Shown: positions 39,276-49,023 of the stretch, one piece after another | How positions within the stretch are numbered: position 1 is the first letter of the stretch | Layout of the letters: every line of letters starts with the position of its first letter | From: an uncultured Chlamydiae bacterium | GTDB taxonomy: Bacteria; Chlamydiota; Chlamydiia; Chlamydiales; JAJFMA01 | Assembly: GCA_963713615.1 (NCBI GenBank) | Contig: CAVQMM010000001.1 | Location: 2,720,001-2,784,000, forward strand | DNA: 64,000 nucleotides | Reading direction: 5' to 3' | Notes under the pieces: model-generated | The model's input: the letters and a program-made list of their open reading frames with translations, nothing else | Told to the model about the DNA's origin: nothing | Databases searched by the model: none | Translations under genes and position numbers: made by a program

Positions 39276-40862
39276 CTAGGTAACAGCGGGAGCTTGAGTT
39301 TGCGACTCGGGTTGCACTGGATGTTCTAGGGCAAGAGCAGCAGCCACAGCCTCTGCTTCATGTTCCTCTCCGATCTGTTCACCCTTCTTCGCTACGAGAG
39401 CATGAAGCTGACGTCCCAAGGACTTGGTAGCAATGATCCAGGCCACAATAACAATTAATAGAATCGCGGCAACATAGGGGGCGCTGGCGCTGAGCGTGGT
39501 GAAGATCAATAATAGCCCTTGATGCAGGAGAGACCCTCCAGACTTGCCAAAACGTGAACCAACACCATCAATAGCCGCTTTACCTTTCAACTTATATTCG
39601 TGAGGCAAGGGAATAAAGGCCATCTCTTTGGTACCATCAAAAACGGAATACTTACAGCCTTTGCTTAAGGAATTCTGAGCTCCCCCAATAAAAACGATAA
39701 GGGCCAAGGGAGTAGCACCAAAAATCCAGGCGCCTTCGATCGAGATAAGATCTTTAAAAAACAGGAGGGTAAAAAAGCCGATACCTGTAATCAAAATAGT
39801 CATCGGAGTGATCAGAGCAGTAAAGGTCCAACCCATCTTTTTGATCAAGAAAGGCAGGAAAAAGCAAAGAAACAAAGAAATCAAGCCTACACCCGTGGTA
39901 ACATTACCCAGGTAATTATTATAATCAGCGAAGTTTGGATAGAGTTGCTTAAGCTGATCCTTCCAAACAACCTCAACGAGATTAATCACCAGGTTATATC
40001 CCACCACCAAAGCGGCAATACAGAGTAGGTATTTGCTTTGGCTGAGCTGTGACATGCTCTCACGCATCGATAGTTTCTGCCGCTGCTCACCTTCGAGAAG
40101 ACGACGACGACCATGAAGCGCATCATAGTTGCGATTATTGAGAACATAGATGTTCATCCAACGAAAAATAACCATCGTAGCAAAGCCACTGACCAGAATA
40201 AGAGTCATCAGAATGACTACAGAATCTCCAATTCCAGCATCTGCAACCATTGAAGGAACCTGACCAGCCAGAACAGCTGCAAGATTACCGCCAGCACTAA
40301 GAACTGCGTAAAAGCGTCTTGCATCACCGATGCGGGTCACCTCATTAGCAAACCCCCAGAATAGCACCGTTAGGACGATACATCCCCAAAGTTCCGATAC
40401 CACATATAAGCTGGTAAAAGTCCAATTTCGCAGCATGGAAACGACCCATCGAAAGCCACTCGGAAGGATGTTCTCTAAAGCTTCGGCCGTTTCATGGGGA
40501 TGAAGGGCATCCTGATTGGGATATAGCACGAAGACAAAGAGAGCAAAGAAGACCAAAAAGCCACTGATAATCATGTAAAAAACGTTTTCTTGACTATAAC
40601 GGCTGGCAAGCTTGGTATAGAGCAAGGTGAGTAGTACGGCCATAGGAAGCATTGCCCAGACCTTAATGAAGGGAATAACCTCTGCGCCTGAAGACTTTGC
40701 AGTGACTACCAGAGCATCCTTCATGTTGCGTAGGACGCTATAGTTAAAACAAATGCAGAGCAGCATCAGGAACATCGGCAATACCATGCGATTTTCCTCC
40801 CTGCGAATGGGCCAGAAAATTCCTCTTAAAGTTCCGAACTGAGGCTGCTGAGTTTGTTCCAT
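39276..40862 (-). CDS. Npt/TLC nucleotide transporter (canonical chlamydial type)
   Basis: FGTLRGIFWPI, AEVIPFIKVW, SELWG, NLVEVVWK, GKAAIDGVGSRFGKSGG. Confidence 0.93.
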   Translation of the reverse strand: MEQTQQPQFGTLRGIFWPIRREENRMVLPMFLMLLCICFNYSVLRNMKDALVVTAKSSGAEVIPFIKVWAMLPMAVLLTLLYTKLASRYSQENVFYMIISGFLVFFALFVFVLYPNQDALHPHETAEALENILPSGFRWVVSMLRNWTFTSLYVVSELWGCIVLTVLFWGFANEVTRIGDARRFYAVLSAGGNLAAVLAGQVPSMVADAGIGDSVVILMTLILVSGFATMVIFRWMNIYVLNNRNYDALHGRRRLLEGEQRQKLSMRESMSQLSQSKYLLCIAALVVGYNLVINLVEVVWKDQLKQLYPNFADYNNYLGNVTTGVGLISLFLCFFLPFLIKKMGWTFTALITPMTILITGIGFFTLLFFKDLISIEGAWIFGATPLALIVFIGGAQNSLSKGCKYSVFDGTKEMAFIPLPHEYKLKGKAAIDGVGSRFGKSGGSLLHQGLLLIFTTLSASAPYVAAILLIVIVAWIIATKSLGRQLHALVAKKGEQIGEEHEAEAVAAALALEHPVQPESQTQAPAVT

Positions 40863-41006
40863 AAATCCTCGAGAAAAACATTCTACACCAAGTATACCGC
40901 GTCAAACACATTTGACGAAGAAACAAGAAAAAAGCCCTTGTCGAATCGCCAGCCTATATAACCGCGCGTGGTATAGCTGGGGCCAACAACAGTAAATATT
41001 GTGTCA

Positions 41007-42593
41007 TCACACTACAGCCTCTTGCCCCTCTATTGCATCTTTACTGCTAGGGGCCAGAGCCGGTCTAGCTGGCGCTGCAGCAGCAACGCCTTTTTCAGTA
41101 AGTTCATTAAAACGTTTGCCCAGGGCATACACAGCAATAATCCACAAAACAATAACACCCAAAAGCCAAGCAGCAACATAAGGGGCACTGGCAACAATCG
41201 TAGAGCAGCAAAGCAGAAGCCCTTGATGAATCACCGAACCACCCGATTTACCCAAGCGAGAACATACACCATCAATAGCTGCCTTTCCCTTGAGCTTGCA
41301 TTCACTGCTGAGAGGAATAAAAGCGAGCTCCTTGGTTGCATCGAATACCGTGTATTTTGCACCTCGGCTAACACAATTCTGCATCGACCCTAAAAACACC
41401 ACCAATGCCGGTGTGCTAATTCCAGTCAACATGGGTAGCACAGCACACATTCCCTCTTTACAAAAGAAGAAATAGAAGAAAAGGATGCTTGTGAATAGCA
41501 ATGCTACAGGAGTGATCAAGGCCGTGAAGGTCCAGCCAAAACGTCGAATAAAATTCCCGGTCCCTACCAACGCAGTTAAAGTTGCTAGGACACCGATGAT
41601 CGCCATGACCCCGTTCATGTAGAAAGTGTAATCGTGGGCACTGGGATAGAGATCGCGCACCTGATGCTTCCAGACGACCTCGACAAGATTGATCACGATA
41701 TTGTAGCCCACGACAATGATAGCAAGGCACAAGAGATAAGGCGAACGCACCAAATAGGCAAAACTGTCACGCATGGACAGCTTACCGCGAATCCCTTGAT
41801 CCTCAATAGCCTTGTCAGCGTCGTAATACAAAGGATCGGTCAAGACACTGCAATGCATCCAACGAAATAGGCCCGCCACAACGATACCACTCATCAAGAT
41901 AAGACCAATCTGCAAAAACAACCAGCGATCCCCTTCAGGGATGAACGGCAATGGAATCTGCGAACCGTAACTAATGAGTGCCATAGAAGTCAGACCGGCC
42001 ACGGTACCAGATAGGTTAGCTCCGAGGCCAAAGAGACCATAAAAGCGTTTAGCTTCCTCAATACGTGTAATCTGGTTAGCAAAGCCCCAAAAGAGCGTAA
42101 ATACAATGATAGCGCTCCACAACTCCGCCATGACATAGAAGCTGGTAAAGGTCCAATAGCGACACATGGAGATGAACCCACCCAATCCCAAAGGCAGCCG
42201 CTCCTGCAACCAGTCGGCGAGAACATGAGCATGAAAGTGCTCACGGAAGGGATATAGAATGGTGACAAACAACAAGAAAAAGCCTAGGAAGAGTGCCATC
42301 ATGATGTAAAAGACGATCTCGCGTGACCAACGATTGGCTAAGCGAGTGTAGACGAAGGTCAAGACGACAGCCATGGGAAACATGACCCATACCTTGATGA
42401 AGGGAATCACTTCCGCTCCCGACGACTTCGCCGTAACGATGAGGGAATCCTTCATGGTACGTAGAACATTATAATTGAAAGATATGAAGAAAAAGATAAG
42501 AAGCATTGGTACTAGCTTCTTAAGCTCAAAGCGATGGATTGGCCATAAGAACCCTCTCCATCTTCCAAATTCTGGGTGAACAGGCTGTGACAT
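41007..42593 (-). CDS. Npt/TLC nucleotide transporter (canonical chlamydial type)
   Basis: FGRWRGFLWPIHRFELKK, PFIKVW, FYVMAELW, NLVEVVWK, SRLGKSGG. Confidence 0.93.
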   Translation of the reverse strand: MSQPVHPEFGRWRGFLWPIHRFELKKLVPMLLIFFFISFNYNVLRTMKDSLIVTAKSSGAEVIPFIKVWVMFPMAVVLTFVYTRLANRWSREIVFYIMMALFLGFFLLFVTILYPFREHFHAHVLADWLQERLPLGLGGFISMCRYWTFTSFYVMAELWSAIIVFTLFWGFANQITRIEEAKRFYGLFGLGANLSGTVAGLTSMALISYGSQIPLPFIPEGDRWLFLQIGLILMSGIVVAGLFRWMHCSVLTDPLYYDADKAIEDQGIRGKLSMRDSFAYLVRSPYLLCLAIIVVGYNIVINLVEVVWKHQVRDLYPSAHDYTFYMNGVMAIIGVLATLTALVGTGNFIRRFGWTFTALITPVALLFTSILFFYFFFCKEGMCAVLPMLTGISTPALVVFLGSMQNCVSRGAKYTVFDATKELAFIPLSSECKLKGKAAIDGVCSRLGKSGGSVIHQGLLLCCSTIVASAPYVAAWLLGVIVLWIIAVYALGKRFNELTEKGVAAAAPARPALAPSSKDAIEGQEAVV

Positions 42594-42832
42594 CTATCTC
42601 CTAGCCTTTCAGCATAGCCATCCTGGCCTGCCATGTGGCTTGTTTAGAGACAATTACCCATGCTCGTTAACTAACTCGCGTGTTGCCCGCGAGTTGTACC
42701 CATGAAATTCAACTAAGTGCAACACAAAGCGCGTTGAGGCACGTATTGTACCACGAAGTTTAGATGAAGTCAAGCAACGGAAGATCAATGCCTCCTTGTG
42801 TTATGACGATTTTTTGACGCTAGGCTTGGAGC

Positions 42833-44062
42833 CTATCTACCGAGAGAAACCTTCTTAGGGGCATCTGAAAGGGCATCAATACCTGGTAATGTTCCATACT
42901 CTATGTATTCCAGTGTAGCTCCCCCACCGGTCGACAGATGTGAGAACTTGCTGCCTAATCCTAACCCTTGCACTGCAGCTATCGAATCCCCACCACCCAC
43001 TATTGTAGTGGCCTTTAACTCAGCTAACACTTGCGCTATGGCCTCGGTGCCACGCGCAAACTGAGGCAGTTCAAAGACTCCCATAGGCCCATTCCACAAT
43101 ACACTGTGCGCAGCCTTAAGCTCGCGCGCATAGAGGTCGATGGTCTGTGGTCCAATATCTACCCCCATCAAGCCTTCTGGAATCCCCTCTTGCAGGCTTA
43201 CCACACGATTAGCAGAGGCTCCTTCATCCAGTGTGGCTACCACTACAACATCTAAAGGCAGCCAGATCTTAACCCCGGCTTTTTGAGCTTCGGCTAAAAC
43301 TACCTTAGCTTTGGGTATGAGATCTTCTTCGAAGAGCGAGCTTCCGATAGATTTGCCTTGCGCCTTAAAAAACGTAAAAGCCATGGCTCCGCCCAAGAAA
43401 ATGGCGTCAGCCTTTTTAATAAGACTTTTTAGAACCCCAAGCTTCGTGGAAATCTTCTTGCCCCCCACGATAGCAAAGAAAGGGCGCTGGGGAGTTTCCA
43501 TATGCTCGCCGAGGTATTGCATCTCTTTCTGCAACAAAAAGCCCGCAGCGGCGCGACCAGGAAAATACCGCGTCACCCCGACGATGGAGCTATGAGCTCG
43601 ATGAGCTGTTCCAAAGGCATCGTCGACGTAAAAATCACCTAACCGCGCCAGCTTTTCAGCAAAGGAAGGATCCTTTTCCGGTTCCTCCTCGGCAGCGTGA
43701 AAGCGTAGATTTTCTAATAAAAGCACCTCACCAGGCTTCAGGCCTTTGGCCAGATTCTCCACCTCTGGACCTATACAGTCTGATGCTAGTAAAACAGGTT
43801 TTTTAAGAAGGTCAGAGAGTCTTTTTCCACAAGGAACCAGCGAAAACTCCTTCTGACGCTTCCCTTTAGGACGTCCCAGATGACTCATAAGAATGACCGA
43901 GCCTCCTTGATCCAATACATAACGTATTGATGGCAAGGAAGCCTCAATGCGAGTGTCATCGGTGATATTTGCGTTATTATCCAGTGGAACGTTAAAGTCG
44001 ACTCGCATGAGAACCTTCTTCCCCGTGAGAGGAAGATCTTGCAGGGAGAGCTTGTTCACCAT
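42833..44062 (-). CDS. pgk: Phosphoglycerate kinase
   Basis: RVDFNVP, SHLGRP, LLENLRF, DAFGTAHRAH, STGGGA; start at MVNKLS after GAGG. Confidence 0.96.
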   Translation of the reverse strand: MVNKLSLQDLPLTGKKVLMRVDFNVPLDNNANITDDTRIEASLPSIRYVLDQGGSVILMSHLGRPKGKRQKEFSLVPCGKRLSDLLKKPVLLASDCIGPEVENLAKGLKPGEVLLLENLRFHAAEEEPEKDPSFAEKLARLGDFYVDDAFGTAHRAHSSIVGVTRYFPGRAAAGFLLQKEMQYLGEHMETPQRPFFAIVGGKKISTKLGVLKSLIKKADAIFLGGAMAFTFFKAQGKSIGSSLFEEDLIPKAKVVLAEAQKAGVKIWLPLDVVVVATLDEGASANRVVSLQEGIPEGLMGVDIGPQTIDLYARELKAAHSVLWNGPMGVFELPQFARGTEAIAQVLAELKATTIVGGGDSIAAVQGLGLGSKFSHLSTGGGATLEYIEYGTLPGIDALSDAPKKVSLGR

Positions 44063-44151
44063 AAAAACCTCATCAAAAAGGCCTTGGAGACGATGCCTCG
44101 AAGAATATCGAATCATAGGATTGACTGTTTGCAAAGTCAAGGAAAAGCGCA

Positions 44152-44763
44152 ATGAATAAATCAGCTTCGACCTTACGCAGAGACGAACTATCCTCAAATC
44201 CGTTCGACCAGCTGTCTATTTGGCTGCAGGAGGCCCTGGATGCATATAGTGCCGAGCCCACGGCGATGGTGTTAGCGACCGCCACGAAAACCGGTATGCC
44301 TTCAACGCGTACGGTGTTGCTGAAGCGATTGGATACGGGCTTGGTTTTTTTCACCCATTACACCAGTCGCAAAAGCCGTGAATTGGAGGCAAATCCGCAC
44401 GCCTCCGTCGTATTTTTATGGAAGGAACTAGACCGGCAGGTCATCGTCGAAGGCGTAGCCACAAAAGTATCGGAAGAAGAGTCCGATACCTATTTTGCTT
44501 TACGAGCGCGTGGCAGTCAGATTGGATGCTGGACATCAAAACAAGGCAGCGTAGTGGAGTCACGACAGGCTCTCGATGACGCCTATGATAAGACAGAAAA
44601 GCGCTTTGAAGGACAAGACATACCCCGACCTCCTCACTGGGGAGGATGGCGTCTGACGCCTACGCGTTTTGAGTTTTGGCAGGGACGTCAGTACCGCTTA
44701 CATGATCGCTTTCAATATTTGCCTGAAGGTGAAGGCTGGTTGATCGAGCGACTATCGCCATAA
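44152..44763 (+). CDS. pdxH: Pyridoxamine 5'-phosphate oxidase
   Basis: RTVLLK, YTSRK, RQV, PRPPHWGG, EFWQG...RLHDR, ERLSP. Confidence 0.95.
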   Translation: MNKSASTLRRDELSSNPFDQLSIWLQEALDAYSAEPTAMVLATATKTGMPSTRTVLLKRLDTGLVFFTHYTSRKSRELEANPHASVVFLWKELDRQVIVEGVATKVSEEESDTYFALRARGSQIGCWTSKQGSVVESRQALDDAYDKTEKRFEGQDIPRPPHWGGWRLTPTRFEFWQGRQYRLHDRFQYLPEGEGWLIERLSP

Positions 44764-44773
44764 AAAAAATCAC

Positions 44774-45217
44774 TTGAGGTTAGATAATATCTCACCTGCC
44801 CGAGCAAAATTTACGAGTTATTTGAAAGAGATTCTCTCCAGCACACCTCATCGCAAAAAATTGGCCCAGGATCGCACTCTGGAAAATATTGTAGAAGGTG
44901 TAAATCCTGCGGCGTTTTTACTACCTGACGTAGACACTAGCGTAGAAGAGGTGATCGACAGCTGCGGAAAGATCTATTACCTTGGAGTTTCTAAGATAAA
45001 CTCTTATCTCACCGATAGGCTAGCGGCCTATGTTAAGACTCCCACAGAATGGCTACAGCTAAAATCACAAATTTTAGATCAGCCTGAAGGGATATTATTT
45101 CAAGGACAAAACGTTCTTACATTTGACCTGCTGACTATTTTTGATTTCATTCGTCGTAAAATTCAGTTCAAAAAGGAATTTTATCCTAAAACTGATGCTC
45201 AACAAGCATATCTGTAG
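44774..45217 (+). CDS. Hypothetical protein (possibly the N-terminal half of a split LRR gene)
   Basis: 147-aa ORF directly upstream of the LRR ORF, in a different frame. Confidence 0.5.
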   Translation: MRLDNISPARAKFTSYLKEILSSTPHRKKLAQDRTLENIVEGVNPAAFLLPDVDTSVEEVIDSCGKIYYLGVSKINSYLTDRLAAYVKTPTEWLQLKSQILDQPEGILFQGQNVLTFDLLTIFDFIRRKIQFKKEFYPKTDAQQAYL

Positions 45218-45222
45218 AAGGA

Positions 45223-45609
45223 TTGGCGTGGCTGCTTAGACGAATCAACCCTCAAAGTACGATTCTCAATTTATCAGGTAGTGCCCTCTCCGATATCAAT
45301 CTTTTAGGGCCTTTTCAGGATTTAGAGGTTCTTATCTTGAATCGATGCGACCGCCTCTCTCACTTAAACAACCTTCTAGACATGTTCCCAAGGCTACGCG
45401 TAATAGACCTGTCTGACAGTCGAAGTGTTTCATGGAATTGTTGGGAAGTCGGGATTAGCAAACATCTAACGCATCTTAACCTCAAAAATACAGCCTGGCA
45501 GTCTCAAATGAATCTATTGCAACAATTTACTCGCCTCGTATGGCTTAATGTTGAGGGCTGCCCTCTTTGTCAAACTTTGAAGCTGGAAGGGGTAACAATC
45601 GTTAAATAG
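45223..45609 (+). CDS. Leucine-rich repeat protein (possibly a fragment)
   Basis: LEVLILNRC, LRVIDLSDS, LTHLNLKNT, LVWLNVEGC fit LxxLxLxxN/C repeats. Confidence 0.65.
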   Translation: MAWLLRRINPQSTILNLSGSALSDINLLGPFQDLEVLILNRCDRLSHLNNLLDMFPRLRVIDLSDSRSVSWNCWEVGISKHLTHLNLKNTAWQSQMNLLQQFTRLVWLNVEGCPLCQTLKLEGVTIVK

Positions 45610-45637
45610 ACGCTCCTACACCATTCCAAACAACTCT

Positions 45638-46387
45638 TCATAGATCAGCAAAAGGGTTCGCTGCTTGCGTGAAGGTATTGCCTTTTCTGCGACGTTTGAT
45701 CTCTGAACGTATTGAGAAGAGCAAATCTTGATCAAAATTCTTATTGGCCATCCACAGGAGATACTCCAACGGAATTTCCTTCATGAAGCGTCCCTTATGC
45801 TTGCCAAGAGGCATGGTCTTCATAAGAATTGGCTTCGAGAGCACTTCCAAGAGGTGCTTGGTGCTATGATAGTTACGGGCCAGGTATTGAAAAACTTCGA
45901 TGTTGACTAAAGCATCACTCATAGCCCGATGTGTCCCCTGCTCGGGAATATGAAAGTGCTGCCTAAGCTGATCTAGGGAATTAATCGGGCTTTCTCCATA
46001 GAGACGAGCCATCCTCAATGTATCAATGGCTATATTATTCTCTAACGTACAGGGAATGCCTGCCCGCTTAGCGTCTCGAACTACTAAAGCAATGTCAAAA
46101 GGCACGCCATGACCGATGATGATATGTTTTCCGATGCGCTTAAGAAGCTCTGGAAGCACAGCTGCAATTTTGGGTTTCCCTTGAACCATATCCTGAGTGA
46201 TCTTATGAAAAGCTATACTCGATTCCGGGATCTCACACTCTGGGTCGATTAATGTTTCAAAAGTCTCTAGGATTTCTTTGCCCCTAAAACGAACGAAGGA
46301 AATCTCTATAATCTGATCTTTCTCAAACTCTAGACCAGTCATCTCACAGTCGATGCACACAAACTCGTCTTGATCAATTCGTCCCAT
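45638..46387 (-). CDS. dnaQ: DEDDh 3'-5' exonuclease / DNA pol III epsilon-like, with C-terminal MPLGKHKG domain
   Basis: IDCEMTGL, GHGVPFD, HRAMSD; start at MGRIDQ. Confidence 0.85.
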   Translation of the reverse strand: MGRIDQDEFVCIDCEMTGLEFEKDQIIEISFVRFRGKEILETFETLIDPECEIPESSIAFHKITQDMVQGKPKIAAVLPELLKRIGKHIIIGHGVPFDIALVVRDAKRAGIPCTLENNIAIDTLRMARLYGESPINSLDQLRQHFHIPEQGTHRAMSDALVNIEVFQYLARNYHSTKHLLEVLSKPILMKTMPLGKHKGRFMKEIPLEYLLWMANKNFDQDLLFSIRSEIKRRRKGNTFTQAANPFADL

Positions 46388-46392
46388 TGTGA

Positions 46393-47037
46393 TCACTGCT
46401 CCTGTGAGAGTTCTAGGTTTAATGAACGCGCGTGCTGAATGGCTCCGATGAGCTCGCGGCGTCCTACATTTTTTGTGACCGAATAGGCCACGGTACCATG
46501 GATGGCATCCGGTGGAAACTGCGTGATGATTTTGCGAATACTCGCTTGACATTCGTTATTGGTTACTTTGTCGACTTTAGTGAGTACCAGAACAAGCCTT
46601 TTCTGTGCGGCATACACCCAGTCTACAAACTGCTTATCCTCGTCATTAGGCTCTCGCCGAATATCGATAAGAAATAAAATAAGCTCTAGTGAGGGTCGCG
46701 ATTCAAGATACCCCTGAACCATTGGCCCCCATTCTGCACGTGTTTTTGGGGGTACCTTAGCATAGCCATAGCCTGGAAGGTCGGCAAAAACAAGTTGTTC
46801 ATCAACGGAAAAGAAATTCAAAAGCTGAGTTTTGCCAGGTGTGGAGGAGGTTTTTGCTAGTCCCTTAGTACCGAACAAATGATTGATTAAGCTCGATTTA
46901 CCAACATTAGAACGTCCCGCCACAGCAATTTCTGGCAGCAGCTTCCCTCGAGGATCTTTTAGGATAGGATATTGTTCGGGTCGCACGGCGCTTTTGATGA
47001 AGCGGCAATGGGCAAATACAAGTTTTGACTTAGACAT
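46393..47037 (-). CDS. engB: Ribosome biogenesis GTPase EngB/YihA
   Basis: GRSNVGKSS, TSSTPGKT, DLPGYGYA, TKVDK. Confidence 0.95.
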   Translation of the reverse strand: MSKSKLVFAHCRFIKSAVRPEQYPILKDPRGKLLPEIAVAGRSNVGKSSLINHLFGTKGLAKTSSTPGKTQLLNFFSVDEQLVFADLPGYGYAKVPPKTRAEWGPMVQGYLESRPSLELILFLIDIRREPNDEDKQFVDWVYAAQKRLVLVLTKVDKVTNNECQASIRKIITQFPPDAIHGTVAYSVTKNVGRRELIGAIQHARSLNLELSQEQ

Positions 47038-47479
47038 CTGTTACTCCCGGCAAGACAAGCCCTCGGCTATCGATAGTGATTAGGCGCTGGGTTTCACCAC
47101 AGGCCTCCAGCGAGATACGAATTGCCTCTTCTGGGATCAGGGCACCTATACGTTCAGGCCATTCCATACAGCAGATGCCTCCAGCGGTAAAATATTCGTC
47201 AAAACCCATACTTAGAAATTCGTCGATATCGCGCAGACGATAGAGATCGAAATGATAAATGACTTTGGGGCCCTGGTAAATATTTAGATAAACAAATGTT
47301 GGGCTGCTTACCTCATGGTGTGCAAGGCCTGTGGCCCCTGCGACAATACCTTTTACAAGCTGTGTTTTTCCCGCGCCCAAGTGCCCGGCAAGGCTTACAA
47401 TGCTGTTGGTCGGGAGGGCAATGCCCAAACGCTTGCCAAGGGCTAGCGTTTGATCCAGGCTGTATGCTGTATATCTCAT
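47030..47479 (-). CDS. tsaE: tRNA t6A biosynthesis ATPase TsaE
   Basis: LGAGKT, VSSPTF, HFDLYRL, EWP. Confidence 0.95.
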   Translation of the reverse strand: MRYTAYSLDQTLALGKRLGIALPTNSIVSLAGHLGAGKTQLVKGIVAGATGLAHHEVSSPTFVYLNIYQGPKVIYHFDLYRLRDIDEFLSMGFDEYFTAGGICCMEWPERIGALIPEEAIRISLEACGETQRLITIDSRGLVLPGVTDV

Positions 47480-47497
47480 GGTGAAGGGAGGCCGGCG

Positions 47498-48226
47498 TTA
47501 ATCGGCCTCTACCCACTGCTCGACGTAGGGCAAGAATTCTTCATATTCAGCCATAGCTTCCACAAAAGCAGTGATCTTATCTTCGTTCAACTGCTGCTTG
47601 AGGAAAGCCAAGAAGTGCTCTTCAATGCCATAACGGTTTTGGTTCTGCACCTCGTCAAGTGTCATCTTTTTGAGGTAATTCTTTTTAAAATCCTGAACAA
47701 CGCTCTCTTTGCTGTTGAAAAGCTTGCCACTCATAACCGATGAATAAACAACCTTACTGACAGGTGTCTTAGGAGGCTTTTTCATCATGTAGTTTCTAAT
47801 GACCTCGGGATCTTCCGACACAAAAAAGCGCTTCACGCGAAGACCTCCGACCCGCTCGGTATTCTCAGGGCAGGTCGATACCCAGTCGTAGATGGCATCT
47901 TGTGGATTGGGATGGGTATTATCGCCAAAGACTTTCCCAGTCCAAGGACAAATGTAGATCTTTTTGGTCTGCTCGTTGACGCTACGGGTATCGGTACCAA
48001 TCTTGATTTCGGTCTCGTGCCATAGCTTGCCTTCTTTTTCTAATAGACGAGCTGCATCTTCAACGCTTTGATAGATGGTTTTCCCCTTAGAATAGAGCAC
48101 AGGCTCCATGCCAAAGCGGTGTTGGACAAAGAAAAGGTAAGTACTGGCCAGTTCCGCCGGACGATTGTCGTCCAGAAACTCTAAGATGGCCTTTCTTTCA
48201 TCCTCAGAAAAGACAAACTTTGACAT
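47498..48226 (-). CDS. Chlamydiae-conserved DUF2709-like protein
   Basis: IYICPWTGKVFGDNTHPNPQDAIYDWVSTCPEN, recalled as a chlamydial conserved protein; start at MSKFVF. Confidence 0.75.
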   Translation of the reverse strand: MSKFVFSEDERKAILEFLDDNRPAELASTYLFFVQHRFGMEPVLYSKGKTIYQSVEDAARLLEKEGKLWHETEIKIGTDTRSVNEQTKKIYICPWTGKVFGDNTHPNPQDAIYDWVSTCPENTERVGGLRVKRFFVSEDPEVIRNYMMKKPPKTPVSKVVYSSVMSGKLFNSKESVVQDFKKNYLKKMTLDEVQNQNRYGIEEHFLAFLKQQLNEDKITAFVEAMAEYEEFLPYVEQWVEAD

Positions 48227-48420
48227 TGTTACCTCACTGGTAGGCCAAGAAGCGGTTAACATTGCTTTTTCAACCTTACCGACCATCGTTCAACAGATTA
48301 TAATTTAAACAGATACGCGATTTTACCTTAAAATCAACTTTGGAATCAAGTCTTTTTTCAGGCAGATGAGAGAGGGAGGGGAGGGGGCGATTGAGAGAAA
48401 GAGGATTAGGATTAGGATTG

Positions 48421-48636
48421 GGATTTTACCACAGAGGACACAGAGACGCCGAGATAGGAGAGAGAGGATTAGGAAAGAATGTTCAGTTACTGTTGGCTCT
48501 GGACAAAATCTGTCTAAGGACTTTACCAAAACGACAACCTCTCAAGAAGCCCTTAGGCAGATTTTGTCTAAGGCCCCACAGACGACACATTCTCTCCTAA
48601 ATCCTCTCTCTCCTATCTCGGCGTCTCTGTGTCCTC
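48421..48636. repeat. Family D inverted doublet interrupted by IS110 (right arm resumes at 50567-50588)
   Basis: Left arm GGATTTTACCACAGAGGACACAGAGACGCCGAGATAGGAGAGAGAGGATT; right arm stops at ...CTCTGTGTCCTC and continues as CTCTGTGGTAAAATCC at 50567. Confidence 0.9.
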
Positions 48637-48839
48637 CTAAATAACATTTTTGAGGGGCCAGCGTCAGAAAGGAGACATGAGGGAACATCACGCAAAGTTG
48701 GCAAAGTTTTTTCTGCTGTTTGCGTCTATAGAGCAGTCAGAAGTTTTTTTTAATTCATGATCGGGATCCCTAAATTTATATGAGCATCTTCTAACCGTAA
48801 TCAAATATGCAAGTGTCATATTTTGCCCTTCCAACTTAA

Positions 48840-48960
48840 AGGAATGGGACCACTCTCCTAAACGGGATAGCTAAAGCTTCACCAATGATAATGTCGACGA
48901 CTTGCTGGACCAAACTCTGTGACGGGCAATAATGCACCAACGTTTTAACGGCCTCTAGGA
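48840..48960 (-). ncRNA. Candidate IS110 bridge RNA core (target- and donor-binding loops)
   Basis: Two GGACCA-NN-CTC...ACGGG...CACCAA motifs 60 nt apart; one holds CTCTGTG (core plus target flank), the other CTCCTAAA (core plus element end). RNA ends are unknown. Confidence 0.7.
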
Positions 48961-49023
48961 TTGATTCGGTTGATTGCTCGCTTCTTGTATTCATCACTAT
49001 GCTAGATATCTAAAAGTTCAACA

